Assembly: GCA_027923505.1 (NCBI GenBank)
Contig: BROI01000002.1
Coordinates: 248,001-312,000 of the forward strand
DNA length: 64,000 bases
Direction of reading: 5' to 3'
Source: Mayamaea pseudoterrestris
Lineage: Eukaryota
Shown: positions 47,769-60,188 of the stretch, one piece after another
Layout of the letters: every line of letters begins with the position of its first letter
How positions within the stretch are numbered: position 1 is the stretch's first letter
The notes under the pieces: generated by a model
The model's database searches: none
What the model was told of the DNA's origin: nothing
Seen by the model: the letters and a program-made list of their open reading frames with translations, nothing else
Made by a program: the position numbers and the translations under genes

Positions 47769-49391
47769 TTATTGATGGTAGTATTGCTGCTGCTGCTGCA
47801 GCTGTTGCGACGCTATCATAGAAGCCTGGCCATGTAGTTGCTGCGGATACGTACCGGACAATGGCTGATGCATTCCATTTTGCATTTGCATCATTTGCTG
47901 CGGCAACTGCTGATACTGCACTTGCTGCGGCTGCACCATGTATGAAGCTGGAGCATTGTAAACTCCGCCAGGCTGTCCTGGCACAGCAAAATCAGGCGTT
48001 GGACTTGGTTGTCCCATAGGACTCGCGGCTGCATGGACACCATGCTGTTGCACGTCGTCTCGCAGCCGACTTACTTGCTTACGCAGCATGCCGACATGGG
48101 GAACCTCACCAATGCGATTCCGTAGAAAGAAAGCGGAGTGAAGGTACGAACACACCTTGGCTTGCAGCTTCAGTGCCGACGTGTCCACCGTTGGTCCTCC
48201 TTCAAAGCCTGGAACCTCCAGTTTCGACAAGACTTGCTGCTGCAAACATAAAAGTTGCCTAAACTCCCATGCTATCCCCGTCATGACGTTTTGCCGCTGC
48301 TGCATGCACGTCGATTGGAATGCTTGCCGCTCCGACTCGTTCATTTGTTGGACGGCCGACGCTGCAACGCCAGCAACCGCCAAGCGGTCGTCGAGGGTTG
48401 CTTCCAGTCGGTCATGCTCTCGCGTCATTGTTTCGTCCAACGTGGCAATGGCCGTCTTGGCTTCCGTTTCCTTCAATGCCTGCAATGTCCATAAACCTTG
48501 GCAAACATTTAGCAGCACTGAACCTAATGGTCCAAGCAAAATCTCTACCAGTTTCAAGGCCAACATTGCACCAAGTATATCTTTAGCCGTCGGATCGGCC
48601 AATTTTGGAGGAGATGGCTGAAACAGCGACGGGTCAGGTCGGTGTGCGGGCCCGCTTCCGTCTCGAATCATCCAACCAGCGGCAACGTCTGGAGGCAGCG
48701 TTCCTTGCTGAATGACTTCCGCAAATGTATTCGATTCCTGTGCAACTGCTTCGGGCATGACAACATATGTCTTGCTGTCTTGCCATTGATGCTGCTCATG
48801 AGAGAATACACCAGGTACAGAGAAGGAGTCGGCTCGAAAACGTTTCGCTGGACGATGTGCATCCTGCTGCTCCACTTCATCGGAAGCAACAGTTTCGGGA
48901 CGCAGCGCACGTTCACTCTCCACCGCCGCCTTCAATTCGCGCAGCGTCAACTCTGCGTTCGACTTTTGCATCATTTCCAAAAACTCGTTCCACAACAACC
49001 CTTGATCCTGCTCATCAATGAGTTGTGAATCTTGTATCAAGACTCGTATGTAAACATTTTGCGCCGACTTTATCTTGGCTCGTTCTTCCAGGAATCGCGC
49101 ATACTCCAGCCAGACTCTGCCAACATGCTTCGCCACAGGATCCGACACGGCTTGCTCATAGATTTCGGTAGCCGTTTTAAACTGTTTGTGATTGGCGTAG
49201 AATTGTGCGTACGCGATCCACAGCGTGGCGATTGCCTCCGTGAGCGTTTCCGAGTGATGGCCTTCGCGCGCGTCATCGGACCATTCCAGTAGTGCACTCT
49301 GAAAGACCATGGAGCCACCGTCAATGTCAGCATCATTTGCTAGCTTTTGGTTGGCTGCTTGAATAATAGCGTTGGGATCGTACTTGTCCAT
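47769..49391 (-). CDS. HAT/TPR-repeat protein with Q-rich C-terminus
   Basis: LWIAYAQF..YEQAV, VWLEYARFLEE..YIRVL and LWNEFL repeats. Confidence 0.7.
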   Translation of the reverse strand: MDKYDPNAIIQAANQKLANDADIDGGSMVFQSALLEWSDDAREGHHSETLTEAIATLWIAYAQFYANHKQFKTATEIYEQAVSDPVAKHVGRVWLEYARFLEERAKIKSAQNVYIRVLIQDSQLIDEQDQGLLWNEFLEMMQKSNAELTLRELKAAVESERALRPETVASDEVEQQDAHRPAKRFRADSFSVPGVFSHEQHQWQDSKTYVVMPEAVAQESNTFAEVIQQGTLPPDVAAGWMIRDGSGPAHRPDPSLFQPSPPKLADPTAKDILGAMLALKLVEILLGPLGSVLLNVCQGLWTLQALKETEAKTAIATLDETMTREHDRLEATLDDRLAVAGVAASAVQQMNESERQAFQSTCMQQRQNVMTGIAWEFRQLLCLQQQVLSKLEVPGFEGGPTVDTSALKLQAKVCSYLHSAFFLRNRIGEVPHVGMLRKQVSRLRDDVQQHGVHAAASPMGQPSPTPDFAVPGQPGGVYNAPASYMVQPQQVQYQQLPQQMMQMQNGMHQPLSGTYPQQLHGQASMIASQQLQQQQQYYHQ

Positions 49392-49432
49392 TGCACTGTT
49401 TGTTTGATTGTTTAATTGTAATGGGACGCATG

Positions 49433-49612
49433 TGTTGAGCACGGATGAGAACCCAAACCGAAGCGGCAGCGGTGACGTCACGAAGACGGTCACGTTTAAG
49501 TAAGCGCGGTAAGCGGCAACCGAAGGAGTGGATCGAGGACGATCACTTCTTGGAGAAAATAAGTAAAGTGGTTTTATTGACTCTGTTCTGCTTAATCATT
49601 AGTGTCGCTTCA
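49433..49612 (+). repeat. 5' LTR (TGTTG...TTCA)
   Basis: Identical to 53505-53684. Confidence 0.92.
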
Positions 49613-50079
49613 AGCGTACAACATCATGCAGCGTCGTGAGCACGCAGATGGCGAAGCCACGCTGCCAACGAACGAGGGCGTGGCGTTCCACACGACTGGT
49701 ACCGCGCGTGACCCTCCCAGGTGCTGGATCTGCCAACAGGTTGGCCATGTGCAGCGAGACTGTCCTACTAGAACGGAGTCTACGGAGAGTGCGCCGGCTG
49801 CAGAGGCTAGTGGAGCGCAGCACTTCACGCTGGGTAGCGAGGAAGATAGCGACGACGACGACGAGATCGGCTACATGTTCGCGCAGCCGCCGAAGTCGAA
49901 AGTGAACATTTCGAAGAAGGCCGTGCTTTTGGACAATCAGTCGACAGTGGATCTGTTCTGCAACGCCAAGATGCTGACGAACATTCGCCCGGTACCAACG
50001 TGGATGGTGATCAAGTGCAATGCTGGTACAGTGAGGACGAACATGATGGGCGACTTGGAGGGCTATGGTCCGGTGTGGT

Positions 50080-53000
50080 GGTACCAACGTGGATGGTGAT
50101 CAAGTGCAATGCTGGTACAGTGAGGACGAACATGATGGGCGACTTGGAGGGCTATGGTCCGGTGTGGTGGTATCCGCAGGGGCTGGCGAACATTTTGAGT
50201 TTGGCGCAAGTCCGGAAGAAGTTTACCGTGGAGTATCTCATGCACGGCATGGAGCGTCCAAGGTTCGTCGTGGAGAAGCCGGACGGTAAGCAGCGAGAGT
50301 TTGTCGAGACTGACTCTGGGCTGTATGTATGCGAGAGTTTTTCGAAGGGCAAGCGCGGCGATGTCAAGGATGGAGTGGCGATGTTGACTACGGTAGACGA
50401 TAACCGTACTAACTACACCAATGATGACTATTTACGCGCTGTTAGAGCTAGGGAATTGCAAATCAAAATTGGACGGCCAAGCCTCAAGGATTACCTGCGC
50501 ATCGTTACTAGCAATCAGTTGCCGAACTGCCCCGTGACAAAAGCCGACATCCTGGCGGCTGAGCACATCTTTGGACCCGATGTTGGCTCGTTAAAAGGAA
50601 AGACGACGCGTCGCGCGTCGCATCTGGTGAAGCCTGCGATTGTTGAGCAGCTTCCACCGGCTATCATGAGTCGCTATCGAGACGTTACTCTTTGTGCAGA
50701 CATCATGTATATCAACAAGGTCCCTATGTTGGTGACGTTCTCCCGCAGCATTCGTTTTGCTACGGTCGAGGTGATTCAAAACCGTACGCTTCCGGTTATG
50801 TTGAAGGCAATCGAGTCTGTGTTGAAGATTTACGCACGCGGTGGGTTCCGTGTCGTTGCGGCTCTGATGGATGGGGAGTTCGCTCCAATGCTTGGCGCAT
50901 TGGCTGATCTCGGAGTGGCGCTCAATGCGACGTCTGAGGATGAGCACGTTGGCGAAATCGAACGTTTTATCCGTGTCGTGAAGGAACGGGTGCGCGCGAC
51001 ATACAACACGTTGCCGTTTAAGCACGTGCCGGCACGATTGGTTATCGAAATGACGAAGTCTGCCGTGTTTTGGTTGAATGCGTTTCCGAACGAGCGTGGC
51101 ATTTCGAAGGATCTCAGTCCACGTACCATTGTGACTGGTCAGACAGTTGACTTTAATTGGCATTGCAAGTATGAATTCGGTCAGTATGTGCAAACGCATG
51201 AGTCGCACAGCAATGACATGCAGGCGCGCACGATTGGTGCGCTGGCTCTGCGCCCAACTGGTAATGTGCAGGGCGGGTTTTATTTCCTCAGTTTGTCCTC
51301 GGGCAAAATTCTGAATCGTGGCCACGCTACGCCTTTGCCCATGCCTGATGATGTCATTGAGCGCGTGCATCGTCTCGCTCGTCAACAGAAGGCCAATCCG
51401 GGCATCGTGTTCATGGACCGCCACCGTGTTGCGGAGGCTGCTGAGCCAGTCATGTGGCACGCTGATGACGACGAGGATGATGATGACTCTGATTACGATG
51501 ACGACGCTTCTCGCGGCGACGACGACTCTGCCGGTGGAAGCGAAGGAGTGAATGCGACCGATGACGACAACGACAGCGACGACGACGATAGTGCTGACGG
51601 CGCAATCGAAGGAGTGCCGGAAGATGAGGATGGTGAGGCCATTGAAGGCGAACTTGACGACGCGCCGGCCATGGATGATGGCGAAATTGAAGGAGTCGAT
51701 GAAGGCGAAATTGAAGGAGTGCCAGCTGCTGCAGATGAAGAGGATTTCGATGCGCGCTATGGCCCACGCACTGGTCGGTATGGCCTGCGTGCGCGCAAAC
51801 CTCGATCGTTCGCTCATTTGTTCACGCTCGACGCTGCAGAGGAAGTGTCGGAGCCACTCGTCACGGCGCAGATGAATATGCGGCAAGGTTTGAAGGCGTT
51901 TGGCGATGCTGGAGTGGAGGCAGTGCGCAAGGAAATGCAGCAGCTACACGATAGACACGTCATGAAGGCAGTCCCCCAGTGCACTTTGACTCCACAGCAG
52001 CGTAAGGATGCGCTGGCATATTTGATGTTTCTCAAGCGCAAGCGGTGCGGAACTGTGAAGGGACGCGGATGTGCAGATGGACGCAAGCAACGAGCGTACA
52101 CTGCGAAGGAAGACGCGGCATCTCCCACGATAGCGACTGAGGCCATTTTTCTGACGGCAATCATTGACGCTATGGAAGGACGCGAGGTTGCTGTGGTTGA
52201 TGTTCCGGGCGCGTTCATGCAAGCGGAAATGGACGAGTTGGTGCACGTTCGTTTCACTGGGAAGATGGTGGAGCTACTGTTGGAGATTGATCGCGAAATG
52301 TACGAGCCTTGCGTCACAATGGAGAACGGCGAGAAAGTCATGTACGTTGAATTACTCATGGCACTTTACGGCACACTGCGAGCAGCGCGACTGTTCTGGG
52401 AGAAGTTGTCTGCAAAATTGCTCGAGTGGGGCTTTGAGAAGAACCCGTATGATCCATGTGTGTGTAACAAGATGGTCAATGGAAAGCAAATCACCGTGGG
52501 ATGGCACGTGGATGATTTGAAGATTTCGCACGTTGAAGTGAGCGTCGTGGATGAGTTCATCGCGCAGATGGATGAGGAGTTCGGTAAGGAGACTCCAATG
52601 AACAAGTCACGTGGAAAAGTACACGACTACCTCGGCATGGTATTGGACTATACTAAGCCTGGAGAAGTAGCAATCAACATGATTGACTATGTGAAGAATG
52701 TGCTCCATCATGCGCCAGGCGACATGGATGGAACGGCAGCGACTCCGGCGGCCAGTCACTTGTTTCAGATTTCGGAAAATCCAGTCATGCTGAGCGAAGA
52801 AAAGAAGAGCATTTTTGTGACAATTGTGATGCAGTGTCTGTACCTGAGCCAGCGTGCGCGACCGGACATTCGCACAGCAATTTCTTTCTTGAGCACGAGG
52901 TTGCAACAGCCGGACGAAGACGACTATAAGAAGGCTGCAAGAGTGGTGAAGTATTTACGCGGGAGCGTGGACATGGTTTTGACGCTGAAGGCGGACCAGT

Positions 53001-53575
53001 CCGGAGTAGTCCAGTGGTGGGTCGACGCGTCGTACGCGGTACACCCAGACATGAAGGGTCACACTGGTGGAACAATGACACTTGGCCAAGGGTCAGTGTA
53101 CAGCACGTCGGCTAAACAGAAGTTGGTAACAAGAAGCTCGACGGAGAGTGAAGTCGTGGGAGTTCATGATGTGCTACCGCAGTTGCTGTGGACAGGATAT
53201 TTTCTGAAGGCGCAAGGTTTCGGGGTCAAGGACACGAAATTGTATCAAGACAATATGAGTTCAATGCTGTTGGAAAAGAATGGCAGAAGCTCAAGTACAA
53301 AGCGCACGCGACACATGAATGTTCGGTACTTCTTTGTGAAGGATCGCGTGGCTGCTGGTGAAGTCAACATTGAGCATTGTCCGACCGGAGACATGGTCGC
53401 GGATTTCTTTACGAAACCATTGCAGGGAGCCCAGTTTGGAAAGCTCCGCAACCTGGTTATGAATCTGGCCTCGAGCAGTAAGTACTACTCGGCCCAAAGG
53501 AGTGTGTTGAGCACGGATGAGAACCCAAACCGAAGCGGCAGCGGTGACGTCACGAAGACGGTCACGTTTAAGTAA
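50080..53575 (+). CDS. pol: Copia pol (protease C-part, integrase, RT, RNase H)
   Basis: Uninterrupted reading frame from the second copy of the 89-bp duplication to a stop inside the 3' LTR. Confidence 0.9.
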
Positions 53576-53684
53576 GCGCGGTAAGCGGCAACCGAAGGAG
53601 TGGATCGAGGACGATCACTTCTTGGAGAAAATAAGTAAAGTGGTTTTATTGACTCTGTTCTGCTTAATCATTAGTGTCGCTTCA
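53505..53684 (+). repeat. 3' LTR preceded by PPT-like AAAGGAGTG
   Basis: Identical to the 5' LTR; purine tract at ~53496-53504. Confidence 0.92.
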
Positions 53685-53944
53685 AGGGCGCGCAAGATAT
53701 ATTCTAGATCCAACAGCATGGACGTTGACGAGGTAGGTTGATGGTGGGAGTGGTTCGTATTTAAAAACGTCATGATGTCGTACCATCAACTGTTTCTGGC
53801 GCCGGAGCAGGTCGAAACTAGTGCGACATGTGACTCGAAACGTCACTCGTCATCACCTCCACCATGGCGCGCGCATCCACAAAATCCTTCACTTTTGACG
53901 CAACGACGCTCGACATTTTGCAGTCGCCAGTACATACTGCAAAC

Positions 53945-55351
53945 ATGCGTTCCAGTCGACTCTTGACACTCGTCCTGGCTGCTGCATGTGCGAGGCAGCG
54001 AGTCGATGGATTTTCGATGCCGTCGTTTTCATCTCGATCCTTGACGACGACAAAACATCCAACCATTGCATCGGATAGTACTTTTTCGAAAACATTTTTG
54101 AAGCATCCACTACCTCATTACTCTCGTACCAGAGAACAAGCATGTCGTTCGAGCACATTGTTACAAAACGCGGCTCTGTCGCTCATGGATCCCGTCGTAC
54201 TCAAGGCCGGCATGGGCGCCACCGCCAAGCTCCTGAGTTCCGTGGCACTCGGAGGCTTCGCCGCCACCAAGGGCGTCTTGGACGCATCGGCGGTCACGGC
54301 CCTGTCGCGGTTAACGTATAGTGTCTTTCAACCGGCCTTTTTACTGGCGAGTGTGAGCACCACCTTTGTCAATGCCAGCAAAAATGCTGCTGGTGGTGCA
54401 ACTGCAGTCAATGGATTGCCTGGAAGCCTATTGGCGCTCATGCCACTCGTGGCTGCATTACAAATTGCGCTGGGAGCCATTGGTGGCAAGTTGATTTGCA
54501 AGGTTGCAAAGATTGATCCGTCCGAGCAGGCGCAAGTCAAGCTATGCACAACGTTTGGTAACTCGGGGCCACTGCCGTTGATCTTTAGTGAGGCGCTCTT
54601 TCGCAACGCTGGCTTGTTTCGCGACGTCTCGGCCTGTATTTCGTTTTACCTCTTGTGTTGGAGTCCACTGTTTTGGAGCGCCGGACGCATGATTCTTGGA
54701 ACTTATGACAGTGATGCGACGTCGGCTACAGTGAACGGACAACAGGCGAGCTTCTTGTCCAAGTTTAAGAATGAACTCGCCAAATTTCTCAGTCCGCCCG
54801 TAATCGGATCCATTTTGGGAGTCGTAATTGGAACAGTTCCATGCATACGCTCAGCCTTTTTCGGAGGCTTTGCGACGCCGCTATTTGGAGCGATTGCGTC
54901 GCTAGGAACTGCCTACTTGCCAGCCGCGCTATTGGTCTTGGCAGGGAGTTTGGTGGGAACAAAAAAGACGGAACCTACTGTAGCTGTGGTCGATGGAGCC
55001 TCCACTCCAACACGCACAGCTCCATCCGTCAAGTCCATGCTTGCCATTTTCGTTTCGCGCTTTTTTGTCGCGCCGACGCTGAGCTACGCCGCCTTGACCG
55101 TCATGTCGCGCCTCGGGTGGCTGGGTGTGGCAGGCACGCGGGCGCGGGCCGTCGTGTCGTTTTGCATTCTGGCGGAAGGCTGCATGCCGCCGGCGCAAAA
55201 CTCGGTCATTATGCTGCAGCTGGCAGGGTTGAAGGAGCAAGCGACGAGCATGGCCAAGCTACTAACCATTATATATGCATTGGCAGTAGTGCCAGTGACA
55301 ATCTTGCTGAGTTTTTGCTTGTCGACGAGTGGCATTTTGGCGTTTCAATAA
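53945..55351 (+). CDS. PIN-LIKES / auxin efflux carrier (AEC) family transporter with bipartite plastid-type presequence
   Basis: LSRLTYSVFQP, FGNSGPLPL, SPPVIGSILG, CMPPAQN; about 10 TMs; signal peptide ending VDG|FSMP followed by an S/T/R-rich stretch. Confidence 0.8.
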   Translation: MRSSRLLTLVLAAACARQRVDGFSMPSFSSRSLTTTKHPTIASDSTFSKTFLKHPLPHYSRTREQACRSSTLLQNAALSLMDPVVLKAGMGATAKLLSSVALGGFAATKGVLDASAVTALSRLTYSVFQPAFLLASVSTTFVNASKNAAGGATAVNGLPGSLLALMPLVAALQIALGAIGGKLICKVAKIDPSEQAQVKLCTTFGNSGPLPLIFSEALFRNAGLFRDVSACISFYLLCWSPLFWSAGRMILGTYDSDATSATVNGQQASFLSKFKNELAKFLSPPVIGSILGVVIGTVPCIRSAFFGGFATPLFGAIASLGTAYLPAALLVLAGSLVGTKKTEPTVAVVDGASTPTRTAPSVKSMLAIFVSRFFVAPTLSYAALTVMSRLGWLGVAGTRARAVVSFCILAEGCMPPAQNSVIMLQLAGLKEQATSMAKLLTIIYALAVVPVTILLSFCLSTSGILAFQ

Positions 55352-55410
55352 TAAAATAGAATGTAACGTTTAATGTAAATTATTGTTGTTTCTATAACTA
55401 CGAGTAAAGT

Positions 55411-58400
55411 TTAATCGCTATCCGAATCAGACTCCTCCGGTGCAGCTGGCTCCATGTCCTTTCGCTTTGCCCGAGGCTTGCTTTCCTCGACAGCTAAAGA
55501 CGCAGGCGAGATTCCGAGTCCTTGATCAAAGACTTTGTAGTCGACAACAATATCTCGCGTGTAATGCGTCATGGAACGAAGCAAATCCATCACGTTGACA
55601 GTCACAAGGGTATCATTCTTCCAATCCGAAAGGATCACTGGCCGTGCAAACTCCGAGGCCGCTGCCGCAAATGCATGAGGCGCCATGCGAGGACGCCGCC
55701 ACAGAATTGACAAGACTTCCGGACACAAGTCATTGTAAAAGACGAGCAAGTATGTACCCAAGTGCGCTCGCAGGGCACTCACAACTTGATCAACTGGATT
55801 AAACTCTAGCAACAGATTGTCGTTGCTGCGATTCTCAAGATTCCGATACGCCTTTCGTTGGAGACCTTTTGGACCTTTGACGCGAAGCTTCATGCTTCGC
55901 GTAAACCCGCTGGAGAGTAAACCATCCTTTTCAACTTCCACGTCAATATGGCTTCCAGTCGACGACGACACCGGGTCAATGCAAAAGTCTGCGTCAACTC
56001 GAAGAAGAGCACTGTAAGAACGAAAGGATGAAGTAGTCTCTTGAAAGGCTGCACACCAGCTGTTGGCTTCAAACTTGGTCAACGCGTTATGCAAAAAGTC
56101 GTAAGTCCGCCGAGCCAATGCAGTGGCGCGTAGTAATACCACCAACTCGGGCGCCGATCGGGTAAAGATAGGAAGCGCATCAGGGCGGCTGTTCAAGTCA
56201 GCCGCCTCGTCGACCGACGTATACGTCGGAGCGACAATGTACATTGGGGGTCCGTGCTTCCAGTCTGACCCTCGAACCTTTTCAAATTGATGCTGAATCT
56301 CGCTGGTGGCATCTTCGTCGAACTGGCCTTGCGGATCGACTATCATTGCTTGTTTCACCCAGTCAAAATCGCTTAGTAAATCAAGAAATCGCATAAAACC
56401 GGCCGTGACAGAGCCAGGAACTCCGTGGGGAAATGTCTTATCCGTATAAACATGAACAACGAGTAATTCAAGCGCCTCGAATGGTAAATGACCACTTAGC
56501 ATGTGGCTCGACACCCATCGTTTGGCAAGGCGACTGACAGCGCTCGACGAGGGGTGGCTCGTATAGACGGCATGCACCATGGAGTGATGCGTTGCCGCAA
56601 CAACATGGCGTTTAGTCAGTAGCTGAAGCAGCGACGCTGCTTCTGGACTGGGTTGTGACAAACTGCGCAACAGCTTGAGTTCAGGGTCCGCCCGCACGCG
56701 AATACGGAACACGAATCCCATGTAGCCGATGTCGGCGTAGCTTGTTGTAACCATCATCGGGCCGTCAAACCCTTTACCGGTACCGGTAAGCTTTAACTTC
56801 TCGATACCATCCACGAGGCTAACAAGCATTGCAGTTTTTGCAGCTCCAATCGCTTTTATATCGGTCGGCCATTTTGACGACGCTCCAAACCGAATTTGTA
56901 CGTCAATAGGATTAGAAACGATTGCGCCCGACAAGCGCTCGACCTTGGGTGCCAAAGAAGCGCCCAGATCAGGATGCGGCGTTGCCGGAAACAGTTCGGC
57001 GTAGCGAAGTGCAGGCGAAACTGGCTCGACTGCATCCACAGGTAATGGAACCCCAAGACGAGAAATCATGTCGTTTGAACCTTCGACTCGGATGGTCGGA
57101 GCGCTGTTGGTCCGTAAGAAACTTACAAGCGAATCAAACGCTTTGAGTAGCAATCGATGTGCTGACAGTTGGTTCAAATGCTGCGAATCATTCCCAGGCT
57201 TTTGTTGCAAAACGCCATCAATTGCCGACATCATGTTTCGCAAAGAAAATTGTAAATTTGACTTTTGTGCGCTTTCGTTTGATATAAAATGTTGTTTCAA
57301 AATATGGCGCATTATTCTCTCAATAATTCCACCTTGCTGCTTGTCGTCGTTATGGAAGCGAATATACGACGACTCTGATGTGTTCTCGTCGTCTTCGACC
57401 GTCGAATCCCACACCACGGCATGAACAATCGCGCCATCCTTAAACCGACGAAGTTGTGCCCGTTTCTTGCCCCAAAGCTGGAGAAATTTTGTGGTCGCTT
57501 GTACGTCGTCAGCTGGCGGTCCGCGATCAACAATTCGGTAACAAGTATCCGAATTTACAATTACTCCAATCACAATCTCGGCGCTACCATTTGGACAAGT
57601 TTCTTTTCTGCCAGCATGCTTCCCCATCTTACTTTCATCGCTCCTGTTTACCTCAAAGACAGGTAAATCGTCACTATCACGCACTGCATCTACCTGGTTC
57701 TTGACCAAACCATTGCCAGTCGAAAAAATGCGAATGGCATGCACACGGTCACCAAGCGCGCGAGTCAACACCTGCACCATCCCCCGCGCAATTGTTTCGT
57801 AGTGACCCAAGTCGGCTCGGTCGTGTCCCCACAACTCCGAAGCAAAGCTTATTTCCTTCAGTGGCAATCTCATGTAAACGTCATATCTAGACCAAAAACG
57901 TGCACGTCGCATGAACAGCGTATCAAATGCCATGCGCTCGTGTAGCCGATCCAAAGCTAACTGTGACTGTTGTTGCAAGTCGCGCATAAACGACGGCGAG
58001 ATCCGACCTAAGAAATTGTAACGCATGGTGGAATCAAGCAAGACCGGACCAAGCAAGTACATGGTCTCCCAAAGTTCAAGTAGCGTCGACGGGTCGTGAT
58101 CCGTCAGCGGCGACTCCTTGACTTGCTGAGCATAGGACTGGGCCATTTTGCATGTCGCTACCGTCTGATTCTCCGTTTTGTTTGGTCGTGGAACAACCAA
58201 GACGGTTCGTTTGACCGAGACAGTTGCTGCCTCACCCTGATAAGCTTCACTCGGCGCAACACGAATGAGGTTCGCCGACGCTTGCCGCTGCTCCAAATCC
58301 GTCAGTGTGGCTCCACTATGTTCGCCCAGCCAGTCAGTCGAAACCAACAGCTTCCAAAGCGCTGCCAAGACTTGCGTCGGTCCCATGCGTGCGTTGACCC

Positions 58401-59571
58401 GCTTGGTCCGAAACAAGTAAACAAGCAGTGCCAGCAATTGTTCAGAGTCGAATCCATCGTGCGCTCGGAACATCCCTCGCTGCAGACACCATGTTTTTGC
58501 CAAAAGAAAGGATGCTTGTAATACAGCCTGTATCTCGTCTATATCATCAATATCATGCTCATTAATATTCATTGGCCCAAAGAATGCATCCTCCATTAAC
58601 ACATGATTGTACATTTGACTGCTCGTAATGGCACCATTCGTCTCCCCAGTCGCCAAGTTGCATCGGTTCGGCAATAGACGCAAGGGCGGAATCCAATCCA
58701 AACTGTCCAAGCCAAAGCCAAACTCGAGCTGGACGCGAAATTTGAGCGTCTTGGTGCGAGGAAGAGTTGCCGTTTCGTCAACGTTACCTTGCACAGATGA
58801 TTGCTGCTTTCCCTTCTTCTGCTTCCTTTGCTTCTTGCTACTCTTCGTTGGCGCTTCAACTTGTGATTGCTGCGTCGGAGGAACCAAAAGCAGCTGAACT
58901 CGTCGAACGTCTCCCGTGACATAGTGCCAGTAAACCTGGCCAATCGACGTGAAATGTTTCTTTTGCAGTTGCAACGCCACGGCCCACACGATGCGGTTTC
59001 GTTTCTACAATAATAGAGTTGAAATTGCGTGAGGTAATTAGTTCATTGTGAATGCATGTGTAAATTGTCCATTCCATATTTACAGCTGCATACGTACATC
59101 AAAGTATCGATTCCGCAAGTAATCCTTTGGTTCCAAGATTGATTTCGAACACTTGACGTGCAGAGTAAATGTAGGAAGAACATTGGCATTGCCTTGCAGG
59201 GTCGATAAGCCAATGAACGGATGACTTGGTTGCGAAACTTGCAAATTGTCGACACTGACTGCCGTTGCTGCCGACTTGCGATCCGACAGTTTCGTCGAAA
59301 AGGGCGATGCTGGTAGATCCTGCATTTCATTGCTCTGGATCGTCATGCTACTCACTACTTCACCAACATGATCCATATATGCCTGCGCTACCTTGACCCA
59401 GCTCGCATCCTGCTTGATTCTGCATTCTTCGACTAGTTGCTCGGCTTGGATGCGCAGTAGATTGGATCGATGCAAGTCAATCACGGACGACGCTTGGTTG
59501 ACGTCAATTTCTTCCAGAAAATTGGCGTCGGCTGCAACACCTCCATGATGATTGTTGTTATGTGGAGGCAT
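55411..59571 (-). CDS. NOL6: Nucleolar protein 6 / Utp22 (Nrap family), spliced
   Basis: KDYLRNRYF, VDRGPPADD..FLQLWG..AQLRRFKDGAI, SSKWPTD..AI..AKTAML, RLAKRWVSSHML. Intron ~59002-59095. Confidence 0.9.
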
Positions 59572-60188
59572 GACTTATGATAGGCGAAACAGTTGTAGAG
59601 GACGAGTAACTACATACACATCTATGGCTCAACTCTCCCACGGAACAAAATCTCATGGCAACTTTTTTGGTGGTTGCGAGAGGAGTTGCAGTGCGACAAG
59701 TTTTCGCAAGCCGGGCGACCACAATTATCACACGCTACTGTTCATTTTTGTCTCCTCACTAGCTATGGGAAGAGTTAAAAGTGTCAAAGTATTCATGTTA
59801 TTGCATCGAATGCTTGCCCACAGTAAACAAGATGTGGGTTCGAATTTCGGAGAAGTTTCGTTCAACCATTCAGTGTTGCTCAACCTTGACGGTTGTGACC
59901 ACCAGCAGCTTGCCCCCTTGCAACTCTCACACTGCTTTCAGCAAGCCAGGTGCCGTAAGCTTTGACAGTTCCAAACCGGCAGAAGCACAACAGCTTTGCA
60001 TCCTGAGAATTTACTCGTGTGATAGCAGCTTAGTGAAGAAGCAGAGTGCATTAAGTAAATGGCTGGCAAGCTTGCTTCCAACCTAAAAAGCATACAAAGT
60101 AAGAGCGCCATGTCGCTTCAAACAGCGAGATACATAACCACAGCAATTTCATGTCATCATGACCGCGGCCGGCCGCTACTGTAAAGTA

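Larger units (their letters stand above)
49433..53684 (+). mobile_element. Ty1/Copia (CoDi-type) LTR retrotransposon, gag-deleted and frameshifted
   Basis: Identical 180-bp LTRs; zinc knuckle CWICQQVGHVQRDC, protease LLDNQST, integrase (ADIMY/MDGEF/GEIER), RT WHVDDL and RNase H (VDASY, STESE, QDN, ADFFTKP) in Copia order. Confidence 0.95.

Noticed and set aside
49392..49493. N-terminal extension of the HAT protein given by the ORF track
   Set aside because: It starts at a non-ATG codon inside the LTR; the ATG at 49391 is more plausible.
49991..50099. Programmed gag-pol ribosomal frameshift
   Set aside because: The frame change is fully explained by the 89-bp duplication; no slippery site is needed.
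50591..51886. 431-aa antisense ORF in the Copia element
   Set aside because: Probable shadow of pol codon bias; no recognisable motif.
49428..53689. Target-site duplication around the Copia element
   Set aside because: The flanking 5-mers GCATG and AGGGC do not match.
59552..60086. Small + strand ORFs upstream of NOL6
   Set aside because: Non-ATG starts and no homology signals.
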